A stretch of 64,000 nucleotides of DNA from Polyangiales bacterium (lineage in GTDB: Bacteria > Myxococcota_A > Polyangia > Polyangiales > Polyangiaceae), in contig JBBRLQ010000028.1 in NCBI GenBank assembly GCA_038231275.1, forward strand, positions 44,155 through 108,154, written 5' to 3'. The translations under genes were made by a program, and so were the position numbers. The notes below the pieces were generated by a model, which was given only the letters and a program-made list of their open reading frames with translations, searched no databases and was not told the origin of the DNA. Shown here piece after piece: positions 49,409 through 59,405 of this stretch (position 1 is the first letter of the stretch; every line of letters begins with the position of its first letter).

Positions 49409-50251
49409 ATGGCGAGCCCGTCACGACGGACTTGGACGCTCGTCTTGGCGATGGTCGTCGCCCTCGTGACGTCGCCGGCGTCGGCCGACAGCCGCACCGA
49501 CTTTCTCATCGGACGATTGGCGTCCGACGACTTCCGCGTGCGCACCAACGCGGCGCTGGCGCTCGGCGCGACGAACGACGACGCGGCGGTCCAACCTCTG
49601 TGCGGCGTGCTCGACGACGCGAGCGAGGTCGTACGCCAAGCGAGCGCCGTCGCGCTGAAGCGCCTGATGAAGCCGGCGAGCGTCGGATGCCTGAAGACGC
49701 ACCTCGACTCGGAAAAGAACGACTCGGTGAAGCTCCAGCTCTCGCGCGCGATCGAGGCCATCGAGGCCGCGGGCGGCGCTACGACGACCGATGATCCAGG
49801 GGGCTCCGCCGATACGCCCAAGCAGAACTCCGGCGCGAAGTACTACGTGTCCGTCGCGCCGATCTCGAACAGCTCGGCGCGCCCGCAAGCGGACGTCGAG
49901 CGCATCGTCGGCGCCGCGGTTCGCTCGAAGCTCGACGCCCTCGGCCAGTACCAGGTGGCACCCGGGAAGGAGACGCCGGAGGCGGCGCGCGCGCTGATGC
50001 AGAAGCGCAAAATGAAGGGCTTTCACCTCACCATCGCGGTCGACAAGCTCGACTACGGCCAAGATGGGCTCAAGGTTACGTTGCGACTCGTCATCTTCAA
50101 CTACCCCAGCAAGGCCATGCAGGGGATGCTCAATTCCTCGAAATTGATGCCCGGCGCGCGGCCGGGCGACAAGTCGGCCGAGGACCAGCTGCTCGCGGCG
50201 GCGGCGTCTTCCGCCATCGACACCTTCGCGCAAAACGCGGCCAATTTTTAG
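49409..50251 (+). CDS. Secreted HEAT-repeat protein
   Basis: GAGG RBS; signal peptide ASA; DDFRVRTNAALALG, DASEVVRQASAVAL. Confidence 0.8.
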   Translation: MASPSRRTWTLVLAMVVALVTSPASADSRTDFLIGRLASDDFRVRTNAALALGATNDDAAVQPLCGVLDDASEVVRQASAVALKRLMKPASVGCLKTHLDSEKNDSVKLQLSRAIEAIEAAGGATTTDDPGGSADTPKQNSGAKYYVSVAPISNSSARPQADVERIVGAAVRSKLDALGQYQVAPGKETPEAARALMQKRKMKGFHLTIAVDKLDYGQDGLKVTLRLVIFNYPSKAMQGMLNSSKLMPGARPGDKSAEDQLLAAAASSAIDTFAQNAANF

Positions 50252-50285
50252 CGCACCTTCCGCAATTCAACGAGGATGTGACCCC

Positions 50286-51002
50286 ATGACCACCTCTGCC
50301 CCTTCGGCGCCCGCGACACCGGGGCCCGTGAAATACAAGCGGAGCGTCAAGAACTACCTCATCGACTCGCGCTTCCAGCTCAAATACACGGCGATGATCA
50401 TCGGGGTCGCGCTCGTCATCAGCGCGGTCATGGGCACGTTCCTTTATCGGACGAGCCAGGACGTCGTTCGCGAGAGCCAGCTCGTCGTCGAGGAGAGCAA
50501 GAAGGTCTCCGACGTCGTGAAGATGAACATCGCCAAGGACCCGGTCTACAGCGACAACCCCGAGCTCGCGACGGCGTTCTCGTCCGGCGCCACCGAGTCG
50601 GACAAGAAGATCGAAGAGCAGCAGCGCCGCGTCATGCAGCAGCAACAGACGATGATCTACGCGCTCGTCGGCGGCCTCGCGGCGATGGTCGTCCTCATCG
50701 GCCTCCTCGGCATCTACTTCACGCACAAGGTCGCCGGCCCCATCTACAAGATGAAGCTGCTCCTCAAGCAGGTCGGCGACGGCAAGCTCACGTTCCACGG
50801 CAAGCTCCGCAAGGGCGACGAGCTGCAGGACTTCTTCGAGACGTTCTCCGCGATGGTGGAGCAGCTCCGCGAGCGGCAGGCCAAGGAGGTCGCCGAGCTC
50901 TCCGAGGCGATCGACGGCGCGCGCAAGGCGGGCGCGGCGGAGGAGGAGATCGCGAAGGTCATGCACGTCCGCGACGAGATGAAGAAGGCGCTCGAAGCCT
51001 GA
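50286..51002 (+). CDS. Two-TM HAMP-domain protein without an output domain
   Basis: KRSVKNYLIDSRFQLKY; THKVAGPIYKM..LRKGDELQDF. Confidence 0.8.
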   Translation: MTTSAPSAPATPGPVKYKRSVKNYLIDSRFQLKYTAMIIGVALVISAVMGTFLYRTSQDVVRESQLVVEESKKVSDVVKMNIAKDPVYSDNPELATAFSSGATESDKKIEEQQRRVMQQQQTMIYALVGGLAAMVVLIGLLGIYFTHKVAGPIYKMKLLLKQVGDGKLTFHGKLRKGDELQDFFETFSAMVEQLRERQAKEVAELSEAIDGARKAGAAEEEIAKVMHVRDEMKKALEA

Positions 51003-51006
51003 CGCG

Positions 51007-51831
51007 TCAGAACGAAACCAGGGCCGGGGCGAGCTGCGCGCGGCGCGCGGGGTCGCTGCCGTCCCGACCGAGCCAGAGCACGCCGGCGGCGGCGAGGGCC
51101 ACGACGCCGACGGCGAGCGTAACCCCCGACACGACGAACCGCGTCTTCACGGACGTGGCGTCCGATGCCGCGCATGTCCGGTGTGCGGCGCAGGGTGCGG
51201 CTTCGAGCGCCGACAGATCGGAGTCGGCGCCGAATCCAACGATGGCCGACGTCGACAGCGCGATCACGCCGACGCCCGCCAGCGCGATCGACGCCCACGG
51301 GAGAGAGCGCGAGGAGCCCGCCGGGGCCGGGGTCGTCGGAGGCCCCGGCGGGAGAGCCGGGGGAGGCGGCTCGCCGAGCTGAACGGAAACGGGGCGGTTC
51401 TTTTCTGCCGAGCGCAGCACGACGCGCACCTCGGCGTGCCGCGACCCCGCATCGAACGCGATCACGTGCGGTCCGGGGTCGAGCGGGATGGGCATCCCGC
51501 CGAGCCTGCTGGCGACGACCTTCCCGTCGACGGAGAGGCGCACCTCGTCGAGGTCCGCGCCGGCTGCGTCGCGTGCGCCGGCGACGACCGTTGGCACCAT
51601 CGCGTCTACCTCGGCGAGCCACTTTGCGCACTGCGATTTGACGACGGCCGGACACGCCTCGCTCCCGCACGTCAGGAACTGGGCGCGCGCTGCGAGGAGC
51701 TGGCCCTGGTCGCGCGAGACCTGGCCCCCTTCGGAGCTGCTGAGGCACTCGGTCAGATTCGGATCGGCACGCGCGATCGAGTAGGGAGCCGCCCCGAGCA
51801 AGAAGGCGAGGAGCGCCAGGCGGAGCCGCAC
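51007..51831 (-). CDS. Secreted/membrane hypothetical protein (PEGA-like), typical kinase-adjacent gene
   Basis: Signal peptide ARA; Cys-rich helical region; VDG..PIPLDPGPHVI; C-terminal hydrophobic segments. Confidence 0.7.
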   Translation of the reverse strand: MRLRLALLAFLLGAAPYSIARADPNLTECLSSSEGGQVSRDQGQLLAARAQFLTCGSEACPAVVKSQCAKWLAEVDAMVPTVVAGARDAAGADLDEVRLSVDGKVVASRLGGMPIPLDPGPHVIAFDAGSRHAEVRVVLRSAEKNRPVSVQLGEPPPPALPPGPPTTPAPAGSSRSLPWASIALAGVGVIALSTSAIVGFGADSDLSALEAAPCAAHRTCAASDATSVKTRFVVSGVTLAVGVVALAAAGVLWLGRDGSDPARRAQLAPALVSF

Positions 51832-51898
51832 ATCCCGATCCTACGGCGCGTCGGCAAGGACCACCATGCTGGAGCGCGCGATACGTGCCCGAAATTCC

Positions 51899-53257
51899 TC
51901 AGAAGCACTCCCGCTTCCAGACGACATGGCCCGCCGAGTCGACGAAATAGGCGGGGCTGCACCCTGGGCGCCGTGCGCTGCCGGGAGACGGCGGTCGTGG
52001 AGTGCGAGGCCGAGGGCGTCGCGTCACCGGGGCGCCGCTCGGCGTCGAAGGGGGGTCGACCGGGTCCGCCGCTTTTGGGTCGGGAGACTCGTCGTCGTGG
52101 GCGGACGGCGCCTCGGGCGACGCGGCGATGGGATCCACGGCGGCTGCGCGGCGAGCGAGCGTCGGGACGGCGAACGCGATCGCGGCGATCGCGAGCGCGC
52201 ACGCGCCGACCCAGAAGAGGCGGCGCCCCAAGGGTCGCGGGGGCTCCGGCGTCGCCCGCGTGGCACGAACGGGGAAAGGAAGGACGATCGGCTTCACGAT
52301 CGTCGCGTCGCTCTCGATCGCGCTCACCTCCGCACGTCGTCGCTCTTGCAGATCGCCCACCACGCCCGCCACCCACTGCGCCACTTCGCTCTGGCGCGCC
52401 CGCGGCTCGGCGTCGTCCAGCGCGCGTCCCATCTCGATCGCGCTCGCGAACCGCGCGCCGGGGTCCCGCTCCAGCGCACGCATCACCACCTCGTCGAGCG
52501 GGCCGGACACCGCCGCGCCTCTCCGGCTCGGGCGATCGACGCGCGTAGCGAGGACCGCCGCGAGCGTCTCGCCCCGCGTCTTCCCTTCGAAGAGCCGGGC
52601 GCCGGTGAGCATCTCCCACAGCCAGATGCCGACCGAGAAGATGTCCGAGCGTCGACTCGTCTCCCCGTGCACTTGCTCGGGGGCCATGTACGCGAGCGTT
52701 CCGCGGAGGCCGCCGGGCTCGGTCGTGTGCGCACGCCCGCGCGCCTTCGCGACGCCGAAGTCGAGCACGCGCGCGATGCCATGCTCGTCGACGAGGACGT
52801 TGTTCGGCGACAGATCGCGGTGCACGAGCTCGAGCGGCTGACCGTTCGCGTCGCGCGCCTCGTGCGCGGCGTGCAGGCCTTGGAGGACGTCGCACACGAT
52901 CGCCGCGGCCACGGGCGGAGGCACGACTTCCCCGCGCTCCTTGGCGCGCGCGAGCACCTGCGCCAGCGAATCGCCCGCGACGTAATCCATGACGAGCATG
53001 AGCTCCTCGTCGCTGACGAGGACGTCGAGGATTTGCACGACGTTTGGATGCCTCACGCGTGCCGCCATCCGAGCCTCGTCGGCGAGCATGTCCCGAGCCT
53101 CGCGGTCGTCGGCGAGGTCCGAGCGAACGCGCTTGATGGCGACGATCCGCCCGAAGCCGGTTGGGCTGGCCAACCTCCCGTAGTGCACCGTAGCCATTCC
53201 GCCCGACGCGATCTCCCCATGGAGGACGTACCGAGACGTTGGCACCACCGTGGACAT
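51899..53257 (-). CDS. Membrane Ser/Thr protein kinase
   Basis: IASGGMATV, VAIK, HPNVV, HRDLSPNN, DFG, GTLAYMAPE; TM; C-terminal CSPAYFVD..KREC. Confidence 0.95.
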   Translation of the reverse strand: MSTVVPTSRYVLHGEIASGGMATVHYGRLASPTGFGRIVAIKRVRSDLADDREARDMLADEARMAARVRHPNVVQILDVLVSDEELMLVMDYVAGDSLAQVLARAKERGEVVPPPVAAAIVCDVLQGLHAAHEARDANGQPLELVHRDLSPNNVLVDEHGIARVLDFGVAKARGRAHTTEPGGLRGTLAYMAPEQVHGETSRRSDIFSVGIWLWEMLTGARLFEGKTRGETLAAVLATRVDRPSRRGAAVSGPLDEVVMRALERDPGARFASAIEMGRALDDAEPRARQSEVAQWVAGVVGDLQERRRAEVSAIESDATIVKPIVLPFPVRATRATPEPPRPLGRRLFWVGACALAIAAIAFAVPTLARRAAAVDPIAASPEAPSAHDDESPDPKAADPVDPPSTPSGAPVTRRPRPRTPRPPSPGSARRPGCSPAYFVDSAGHVVWKRECF

Positions 53258-53328
53258 CTCGAGGAAGGATAGCGCGGTGTCCCCCGCCGGGCGCGCGCGG
53301 CGCGCGGGCGAAGGTCCGCGTCCCTGGA

Positions 53329-54990
53329 TTAGGGGACCATCCAGATGCGGGAGTACTCCGTGAGGAGTGAGTACGCACGGCCGCGCGAGGCCTGGCTCGG
53401 GCTCACCCAGTCGGTCCCCCAGTCGTAGAGCGTGCCGTCTTTGAGCCAGTCGCCGCCCGCCACGAGCGTGGTCCGCCCGCTGCGTTCGAAGATCTGGCGG
53501 CCGTCGATCTCGAGCTTCACGTAGCCGTTCGCGAGCGACGAGACCAGCGTGAGGCGGATCGTGAGGGGCCTTCCCACGAAGTCCGCGTGGGCCGCGATGT
53601 CGTAGGTCTTCCCGTGCGCGCAGGTCGCGACGTCGGTGACCTCCGGGCTCATGCAATCGTAGAAGAGGAGGCGGTCGTCGTTCGTGTTGAACGCGAACGA
53701 CGGCACCGTGCCGTTGTCCATGTGGACTTGGAACATCACGGTCACGATCCCGGCAGAAGGCCATGCCGAAGGGATCATGCCGCGCCACTCGAGGACGTAC
53801 TTCTGGCCATCTCGGAAGTTGTAGTCGATCGAGTATTCGGACCGGTCGTAGCCGTCCCCCTGCCAGTTGCGTCCGTCGGCGATCGTCGTCTCGAGGTAGT
53901 GGACGCCGTTCCGCGTCACGACCGCGGTCCCCTCTTCCTCGCTTCGCGTCAGCCAGATGTGAGTGCCCACGCCATCCCAGTCGTCTTGAACTCCGGGGCC
54001 CGAGCCCGCCGTGCGCGCGTCGATCGCGGCGGCCTCCTTGGCCCAGTCCGACGACGCGATCACCGTCGCGCCGGCCGGAGGCACGGGGCCGGGCGAGCCG
54101 CCGCCCGCGTCAGCGCCACCGCCCGCATCGGTACCGCCGCCTGCGTCGCCGCCGCCGCTGGAGCTGTCGGTCGAGAAGCGCTGCTCCGCGACGTCGCCGC
54201 AACCCCACTGTTGGACGAGTGCGCCGCTCTGGGAGGTGGCGCCTTGGATGTCGAAGCACTTGCCGGAGATGGCGGCTTTGAAGCCTCGCCGTCCATTGCC
54301 ATAGGGGACGGGGACGAAGCGCTGGTCGTCGGAGCCGTCGCACGAAAAAATCTGGAGGAGATCGCCGTCGGCGACGGAGCCGTGCGGGAGATCGACGCAG
54401 AAGGACGTGCCGCCGACGCGCAGCTCCGTGCCAGCCGCGTTCATGCTCTCCAGGAAGCGCAGGGCGCTCGCGCCGCAGCTGGCCTGCAGGATGTGCGTCC
54501 CGTTGGCGATGGCGCCGGCCGCGGCGAGGCACAGACCGGAGACGTCGGGGCGCAACGTCTCTCCGCTCGCGGGTGGCGGAGGAGGCTCCGGAGGAGGCGA
54601 CGACCCTCCATCGACGGTGACGGGCACGGTTGCGTTGGCGACGGCGCCCGTGTCGATGCGCGTGGCGGTCGCGGTGACGGTGGCGGCCCCGCGGGCCCTG
54701 GCGGTGACCGTGCCGTCGGCGGCGACCGCGGCGACTGCGGCGTCGGAGCTCGCCCACATCAGCGTATAGAGCCCCGCAAAAGGTTGTCCGTTCGCGCCGA
54801 CGGGCGACGCGTGGAGCGTCACGCTCTCGCCGACTGCCATCGCGAGCATCCCGCCGCCGAGGCTCAGCGCGAAGTCCGAGCTCTCGCCGGTCTTCGTTTG
54901 GTCCGTCGTCGCTTTGCACGAGGGCGCCGCGTGCAGGGCGAGCACGACGGCGACGGACGCGAGGCGGACGTGTCGGTTGCGAGACGGCAT
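53329..54990 (-). CDS. Lipoprotein: Ig-like (Big_2) + Pro linker + ricin-B lectin + beta-jelly-roll polysaccharide lyase-like domain
   Basis: AAAGGAG RBS; WASSDAAVAAV..G.V.A; GKCFDI..LVQQWGC; DRSE, FQVH, LKDG.LY. Confidence 0.75.
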   Translation of the reverse strand: MPSRNRHVRLASVAVVLALHAAPSCKATTDQTKTGESSDFALSLGGGMLAMAVGESVTLHASPVGANGQPFAGLYTLMWASSDAAVAAVAADGTVTARARGAATVTATATRIDTGAVANATVPVTVDGGSSPPPEPPPPPASGETLRPDVSGLCLAAAGAIANGTHILQASCGASALRFLESMNAAGTELRVGGTSFCVDLPHGSVADGDLLQIFSCDGSDDQRFVPVPYGNGRRGFKAAISGKCFDIQGATSQSGALVQQWGCGDVAEQRFSTDSSSGGGDAGGGTDAGGGADAGGGSPGPVPPAGATVIASSDWAKEAAAIDARTAGSGPGVQDDWDGVGTHIWLTRSEEEGTAVVTRNGVHYLETTIADGRNWQGDGYDRSEYSIDYNFRDGQKYVLEWRGMIPSAWPSAGIVTVMFQVHMDNGTVPSFAFNTNDDRLLFYDCMSPEVTDVATCAHGKTYDIAAHADFVGRPLTIRLTLVSSLANGYVKLEIDGRQIFERSGRTTLVAGGDWLKDGTLYDWGTDWVSPSQASRGRAYSLLTEYSRIWMVP

Positions 54991-55037
54991 GGATCGACTC
55001 CTTTGGATCGCGACGCGCGCGGAGTTTCTCGAAAAAA

Positions 55038-55514
55038 TCAGAGCGCTTCCCTCGCGGCGCCGCGCCTGGCGGTGGATGACCAGACGCCGCTGCGGGAGAG
55101 GTCGGCCGGGTCGCCCTCCACGTGTGCCGCGACCAGCACGTCGTCGATCGCCGCCTCCAGATCCTGGACACCGAAGGGCTTGATGAGGACGCGCCCTTCG
55201 AAGGCTTCGAGTGCGTCGTGATCGCGGCGCGCGTGGCGCGAGGTGACGAGGACGACTTGCCTCGAGAGCTTCGGAGCGAGCCGCGCGATGGCGTCGAGGG
55301 CCTCGAGGCCGCCTTCGAGAGCCTTCATGTCCAGGAGAAGGACGTCGAACGATCGCGCCGCGATCGCCGCGAGGGCCTCGCCGCCGGTCTTCACGGCGAC
55401 GACGGTGTACGCGCGGCGATCGACGCGTGCCGCGATGGTCCCATTCGGATCGACGACCAACACGGTCGGGGCGACGTATGCGGGCTTCCTGGTGACGGCT
55501 GCGTTCGAGCTCAT
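55038..55514 (-). CDS. Stand-alone, atypical receiver-domain protein
   Basis: VLVVDP, FDVLLLDM, VLVTS, LIKPF; helix 1 looks shortened. Confidence 0.7.
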   Translation of the reverse strand: MSSNAAVTRKPAYVAPTVLVVDPNGTIAARVDRRAYTVVAVKTGGEALAAIAARSFDVLLLDMKALEGGLEALDAIARLAPKLSRQVVLVTSRHARRDHDALEAFEGRVLIKPFGVQDLEAAIDDVLVAAHVEGDPADLSRSGVWSSTARRGAAREAL

Positions 55515-55535
55515 CGTCTATTCCTCTCCTTCGTA

Positions 55536-55568
55536 CCGACTCCGGCTCCGACTCCGACTCCGACTCCG
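55536..55568. repeat. Hexamer tandem repeat (CCGACT)n
   Basis: CCGACT CCGGCT CCGACT CCGACT CCGACT CCG, intergenic. Confidence 0.8.
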
Positions 55569-55570
55569 CG

Positions 55571-56929
55571 TCAGGGAGGGGTCAGGAAGTAGCAGTAGTC
55601 ACCGTCAGGGTTCCCGCTCGCCGTGGACGACGCCAGGACGGGGTCCTGATCGTTACCGTTGCGCACGTAGCCGCACGCCAGGTTGTTCGTCGCGGTGGTT
55701 TCGTAGAACTTGTGCGCGACATTTCCGACGCCGAGCTTGATGCCGTTGCCGTCGCCGGTGAGCGATTTGCCGGTGGTCTTGCCGTTGTCGTGGGCGACGC
55801 TGAAATAGAAGTAGGCCTGGCCGCCGTTCCACATGTCGAATCCGTCATCGCCGTTCCGGTACGAGTGCACGTCGATGTACGAGTTGTCGTGCGCGCCGAA
55901 GTTGTTGTCCAAACCGTCGGCGTTTCCACCGTGATCGTTCGGCGCTCCGATCACGTTCCACGTGTCGAACACCTCGGCGCTGACCACGCAGTTGTTCGCG
56001 GCGCCACCGCTGACGTAGATGCCGGTGCTGCCGTCGGTGTTGGCGTAGAAGCCCGTGCGCCGCACCGAGATGCGGTGCATCAGCGTGCCGTTCGCGTAGC
56101 CGGTGCTCGGGTGGAACGCGAGGACGCCGAAGGTCACTGCGCCGTCGATGATGACGTTGGAGACCGTCGCGCCTTCGCCGACTTGCACGCCGCGGTCGGC
56201 GTTCTTTGCGTCGAACAGGATGGTCTGTCCGGCGATGCCGACGAGCTTCTTGCCCGTGGGGACGTTGATGGGGGCGGTCAGGGTGTACGTGCCGCCCGCC
56301 ACGAAGACGACGTCGTTGTTCGCGAGGGCGGCGTTGATGTCGTCGCCGGGCCGCACCGTCGTGCCGCCCGACGTGGGGATCGCGGCGACGCGCGCCTGGC
56401 AGTCGTTCGTGTCGCCGAACGCCGCACGCTGCGCGTTGATGGCCCCCCACATCGCGTCGGTCACGCCCGTGTACTCGACGCCCGACGGCGGAGGAGGAGG
56501 AGGGGGTGGCGGCGGCGGCGGAGGTGGTGGCGGGGGCGGGGGCGAGCCGCCGCCGACCGTCACAGGTACGGAGGCGTTGGCGACCGCGCCAGTGTCGATG
56601 CGCGTGGCGGTGGCGGTCACGGTGGCGGAGCCGGCGGCGTTCGCGGTCACCGTGCCGTCCGCCGCGACGCCGACGACCGCCGTGTTCGACGACGCCCACG
56701 CGAGCGTGTAGAGCCCCGCGAACGGAGCGCCGTTCGATCCAATCGGCGCGGCATGCAATGCCACGGTCTCGCCGACGGCCATCGCGAGCGCGCCGCCCCC
56801 TAGGCTCAGCGCGAAGTCGGAGCTCGTACCGATGCGCGCATCGGTGGACGACGTCGAGCACGCGACGGTCGACGGCAGAACGGCGGCGGCGATCAGGCAA
56901 GCGAGACGGAGCGCGCGGACAGTACGCAT
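55571..56929 (-). CDS. Lipoprotein: Ig-like (Big_2) + poly-Pro + right-handed beta-helix, PL9 (PelL-like) lyase
   Basis: Lipobox TVAC; GGNADG, NGDDGFDMW, GDGNGIKLG PL9-type motifs. Confidence 0.8.
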   Translation of the reverse strand: MRTVRALRLACLIAAAVLPSTVACSTSSTDARIGTSSDFALSLGGGALAMAVGETVALHAAPIGSNGAPFAGLYTLAWASSNTAVVGVAADGTVTANAAGSATVTATATRIDTGAVANASVPVTVGGGSPPPPPPPPPPPPPPPPPPPSGVEYTGVTDAMWGAINAQRAAFGDTNDCQARVAAIPTSGGTTVRPGDDINAALANNDVVFVAGGTYTLTAPINVPTGKKLVGIAGQTILFDAKNADRGVQVGEGATVSNVIIDGAVTFGVLAFHPSTGYANGTLMHRISVRRTGFYANTDGSTGIYVSGGAANNCVVSAEVFDTWNVIGAPNDHGGNADGLDNNFGAHDNSYIDVHSYRNGDDGFDMWNGGQAYFYFSVAHDNGKTTGKSLTGDGNGIKLGVGNVAHKFYETTATNNLACGYVRNGNDQDPVLASSTASGNPDGDYCYFLTPP

Positions 56930-56963
56930 GGTGGCGGGTTCCCTTCCGTGGTGACAACACGTT

Positions 56964-56979
56964 TGCAGTCCGCGTGCCG
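56964..56979 (-). promoter_or_regulatory. Sigma54 -24/-12 promoter for the PL9 operon
   Basis: Minus strand CGGCAC-GCGGA-CTGCA; GG and GC at canonical spacing, 35 bp before the ATG. Confidence 0.65.
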
Positions 56980-57110
56980 GGCCAGGTGGTGCACCGATCC
57001 TCGGGAAACTCGACGTTTCCAGGCCATCGGGCCCGCCGTCCCGCGAGCCTGATGTCCCGCGTCGGGACGGTCGTCCCGCGAGGCCCGACGTCAACGGGCT
57101 CGGCGTCTTC

Positions 57111-57872
57111 TCAAAGCGCGCAGCAGCGGAAGCCCGCGTTCGACTGTCGCTGTTGCCGCGTCGATGGCTTACAGCTCGCGCCCGTCGTCAGGTAATAGCC
57201 CCCGAAGACGTCGCAGACCGTGTCGAGCGTTCCGCCGTTCGGCGGGTCGTCGCATGTCCCTGTCCACTCGTCGGTATTTCCCACGAGGTCAAAGAGTCCG
57301 CGGAACGCCCCCTCGCAGCTCGCGTGGCTGCCCGACGGCCACGTGGCGTCGAGGCCCTGCTCGGCGCCGTTGCACGCCGATCCGGCGAACGCGTCGCCGT
57401 AAGGCCATTGATGCGCGCCGCCCAAGGTGCACGCGAACGTCAGCTCCGCCGTCGTGCACAGGCGCTTGCCCGCATACGCGCAGAACGCGTACGCGTCGCA
57501 CCAGCCGGGGAAGTCGACGGGGTTCGGATCCGAGATCAAGGCGCTCGCGTCTCGGAACGTCGTGGCGCACCCGGAAGGGAGCAACGCGAGAGATCGGGGC
57601 GTCCACGCGTTGTACTGGGCGGCGGTCACCTCGGTCGCATCCATGCAGAACGGCGCGGGCGCGGGCACGGCGACGAGCAGAGGACCCGCCTTCGAAACGG
57701 GGCATGCGAAGGCCCCATCGATCCCCGCGTCGCCGTTCGGCGTGGCGTCTCCACCCTCGACGAGGCCGCCGTCGTCGGAGCCGCCGGTCAGATCGGGCAC
57801 GGCGCGCAGGAAGCAGCCGGCGACGATCGCCGCGCCCACGAGCGCGAAGAAGATCGGCCGTGTGCGACGCAC
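57111..57872 (-). CDS. FGE-sulfatase (SUMF1/EgtB/PvdO-like) domain lipoprotein
   Basis: Lipobox VAGC; MDATEVT, WCDAYAFC..GKRLCT.AE, WPYG, DLVGNTDEW, GFRCC. Confidence 0.88.
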   Translation of the reverse strand: MRRTRPIFFALVGAAIVAGCFLRAVPDLTGGSDDGGLVEGGDATPNGDAGIDGAFACPVSKAGPLLVAVPAPAPFCMDATEVTAAQYNAWTPRSLALLPSGCATTFRDASALISDPNPVDFPGWCDAYAFCAYAGKRLCTTAELTFACTLGGAHQWPYGDAFAGSACNGAEQGLDATWPSGSHASCEGAFRGLFDLVGNTDEWTGTCDDPPNGGTLDTVCDVFGGYYLTTGASCKPSTRQQRQSNAGFRCCAL

Positions 57873-57913
57873 GTGCTCACCCTACCACGAACCGAGACCG
57901 CTCCACGGCGGCG

Positions 57914-59263
57914 TCAGAGCGCGTGCTTGCGGAGCAGGCGCCGGACGTACGTGGGATCGAGGCCGGCGGCGGTCGCGATGGCCGGCACGTCGCGCCCGAG
58001 ACGCTCGATCATCCCGCCGAGGTACGCGCGTTCGAGCTCGTCGCTGTACCGATCCTTCAAGACCTTGAAGGGCACGTCGAGCGGCACGGCGCCGAGCGCG
58101 GTCGGGCCGAGGCTCGGGAGGCCGGCCGGCGGCGGCAGGCGCGACGCGTTCGGAGCCTCCTCGCCGCGGGTGAGGGCCCACGCGCTCGCGGTGCCGACCG
58201 CGACGACGCGATCGACGAACGAACGGAGCTCGCGCACGTTGCCCGTCCACGGATGGCCCACGAGCTCCGCCATCACGCTCGGGTCGATCGCGATGTCGGG
58301 CCGGCGCGCCAGGAAATGCGCCAAAAGGCCGGGGATGTCCTCGCGCCGCGCCCGCAACGGCGGCACGAACACGGGGAGCACGGCGAGGCGGAAGTAGAGA
58401 TCCTCGCGGAAGGTCCCGGCCGCCACCATCGCTTGCAGATCGCGGTGCGTCGCTGCGATGAGCCGCACGTCGACGCGCCGGCGTTCCGTCTCGCCGATGC
58501 GACGAACGGTGAGCGACTCGACGACGCGGAGGAGCTTTGGCTGCATCGAGAGCGGAAGCTCCCCGATCTCGTCGAGGAAGACGGTGCCACCCTCGGCCGC
58601 TTCGAAGGCGCCCGAGCGAGCGGTGGCGGCGCCGGTGAACGCGCCTCGCGAATGGCCGAAGAGCTCGCTCTCCAGCAATGTCTCGGGGAGCGCGGCGCAG
58701 TCGACGACGACGAAAGGGCGCTCGCTCCGATTCGAGCCCTCGTGGATCGCCTCGGCCACGAGCTCCTTGCCGGTGCCGGTCTCGCCATGTACGAGGACGG
58801 GCGAGCTCGTTGCGGCGTACTGCGCGAGCCGCACGAAGAGCTCCCTCATCGTCTCGGAGACGCCATAGAGGGGGCCGTAATGATCCTCGGGCCAGAGCGG
58901 AACGTTCCGCGCTTGCGATGGCAGCGTGACTTGGAGCTGCGTGTTGCCGAGGACGAACGGCTTGCCGAGCAGAACCCGAGCGCATTGGACGAGCACGCCG
59001 GCGATGAACGTGCCGTTGCTGCTGCCCAGGTCCCGGATCCACACGCCGTCGTTCCGCACCTCGAGCTCGGCGTGCAGGCGAGAGATGGCGCGATCGACAA
59101 TGACGGCGCCCACGTGCTCCGAAGAGCCGAGCGTCACGCGCCCGTCGATCTCGACCGCGTGCGTCCCGCGCGCGTCACGCCACTCGAGCAGGGGCCGCCG
59201 CCTTGTCGTCGTGAGGTTGAGGTCCAGCCTCGGCTGCACGTCGGTGGAAGCGTCGTCCGACAT
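57914..59263 (-). CDS. FHA-domain sigma54 enhancer-binding protein
   Basis: [15 protein letters not shown] (FHA); [32 protein letters not shown]-terminal HTH. Confidence 0.93.
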   Translation of the reverse strand: MSDDASTDVQPRLDLNLTTTRRRPLLEWRDARGTHAVEIDGRVTLGSSEHVGAVIVDRAISRLHAELEVRNDGVWIRDLGSSNGTFIAGVLVQCARVLLGKPFVLGNTQLQVTLPSQARNVPLWPEDHYGPLYGVSETMRELFVRLAQYAATSSPVLVHGETGTGKELVAEAIHEGSNRSERPFVVVDCAALPETLLESELFGHSRGAFTGAATARSGAFEAAEGGTVFLDEIGELPLSMQPKLLRVVESLTVRRIGETERRRVDVRLIAATHRDLQAMVAAGTFREDLYFRLAVLPVFVPPLRARREDIPGLLAHFLARRPDIAIDPSVMAELVGHPWTGNVRELRSFVDRVVAVGTASAWALTRGEEAPNASRLPPPAGLPSLGPTALGAVPLDVPFKVLKDRYSDELERAYLGGMIERLGRDVPAIATAAGLDPTYVRRLLRKHAL

Positions 59264-59362
59264 CGAAGGCTGACACTACCAGAAGGAAGACCGCCGTCCC
59301 GAAAGGGACGCGGGTCCCGCGCCTGGCAGGCCCGCGGCGCGATCTCCCCAGGACTTCCGCGC

Positions 59363-59378
59363 GGGCACGGGCGTTGCT
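59363..59378 (+). promoter_or_regulatory. Sigma54 -24/-12 promoter
   Basis: GGGCAC-GGGCG-TTGCT, followed by an AGGAGG RBS and ATG at 59406. Confidence 0.8.
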
Positions 59379-59405
59379 CAACGAAGGTCAGCCTAGGAGG
59401 CCACC

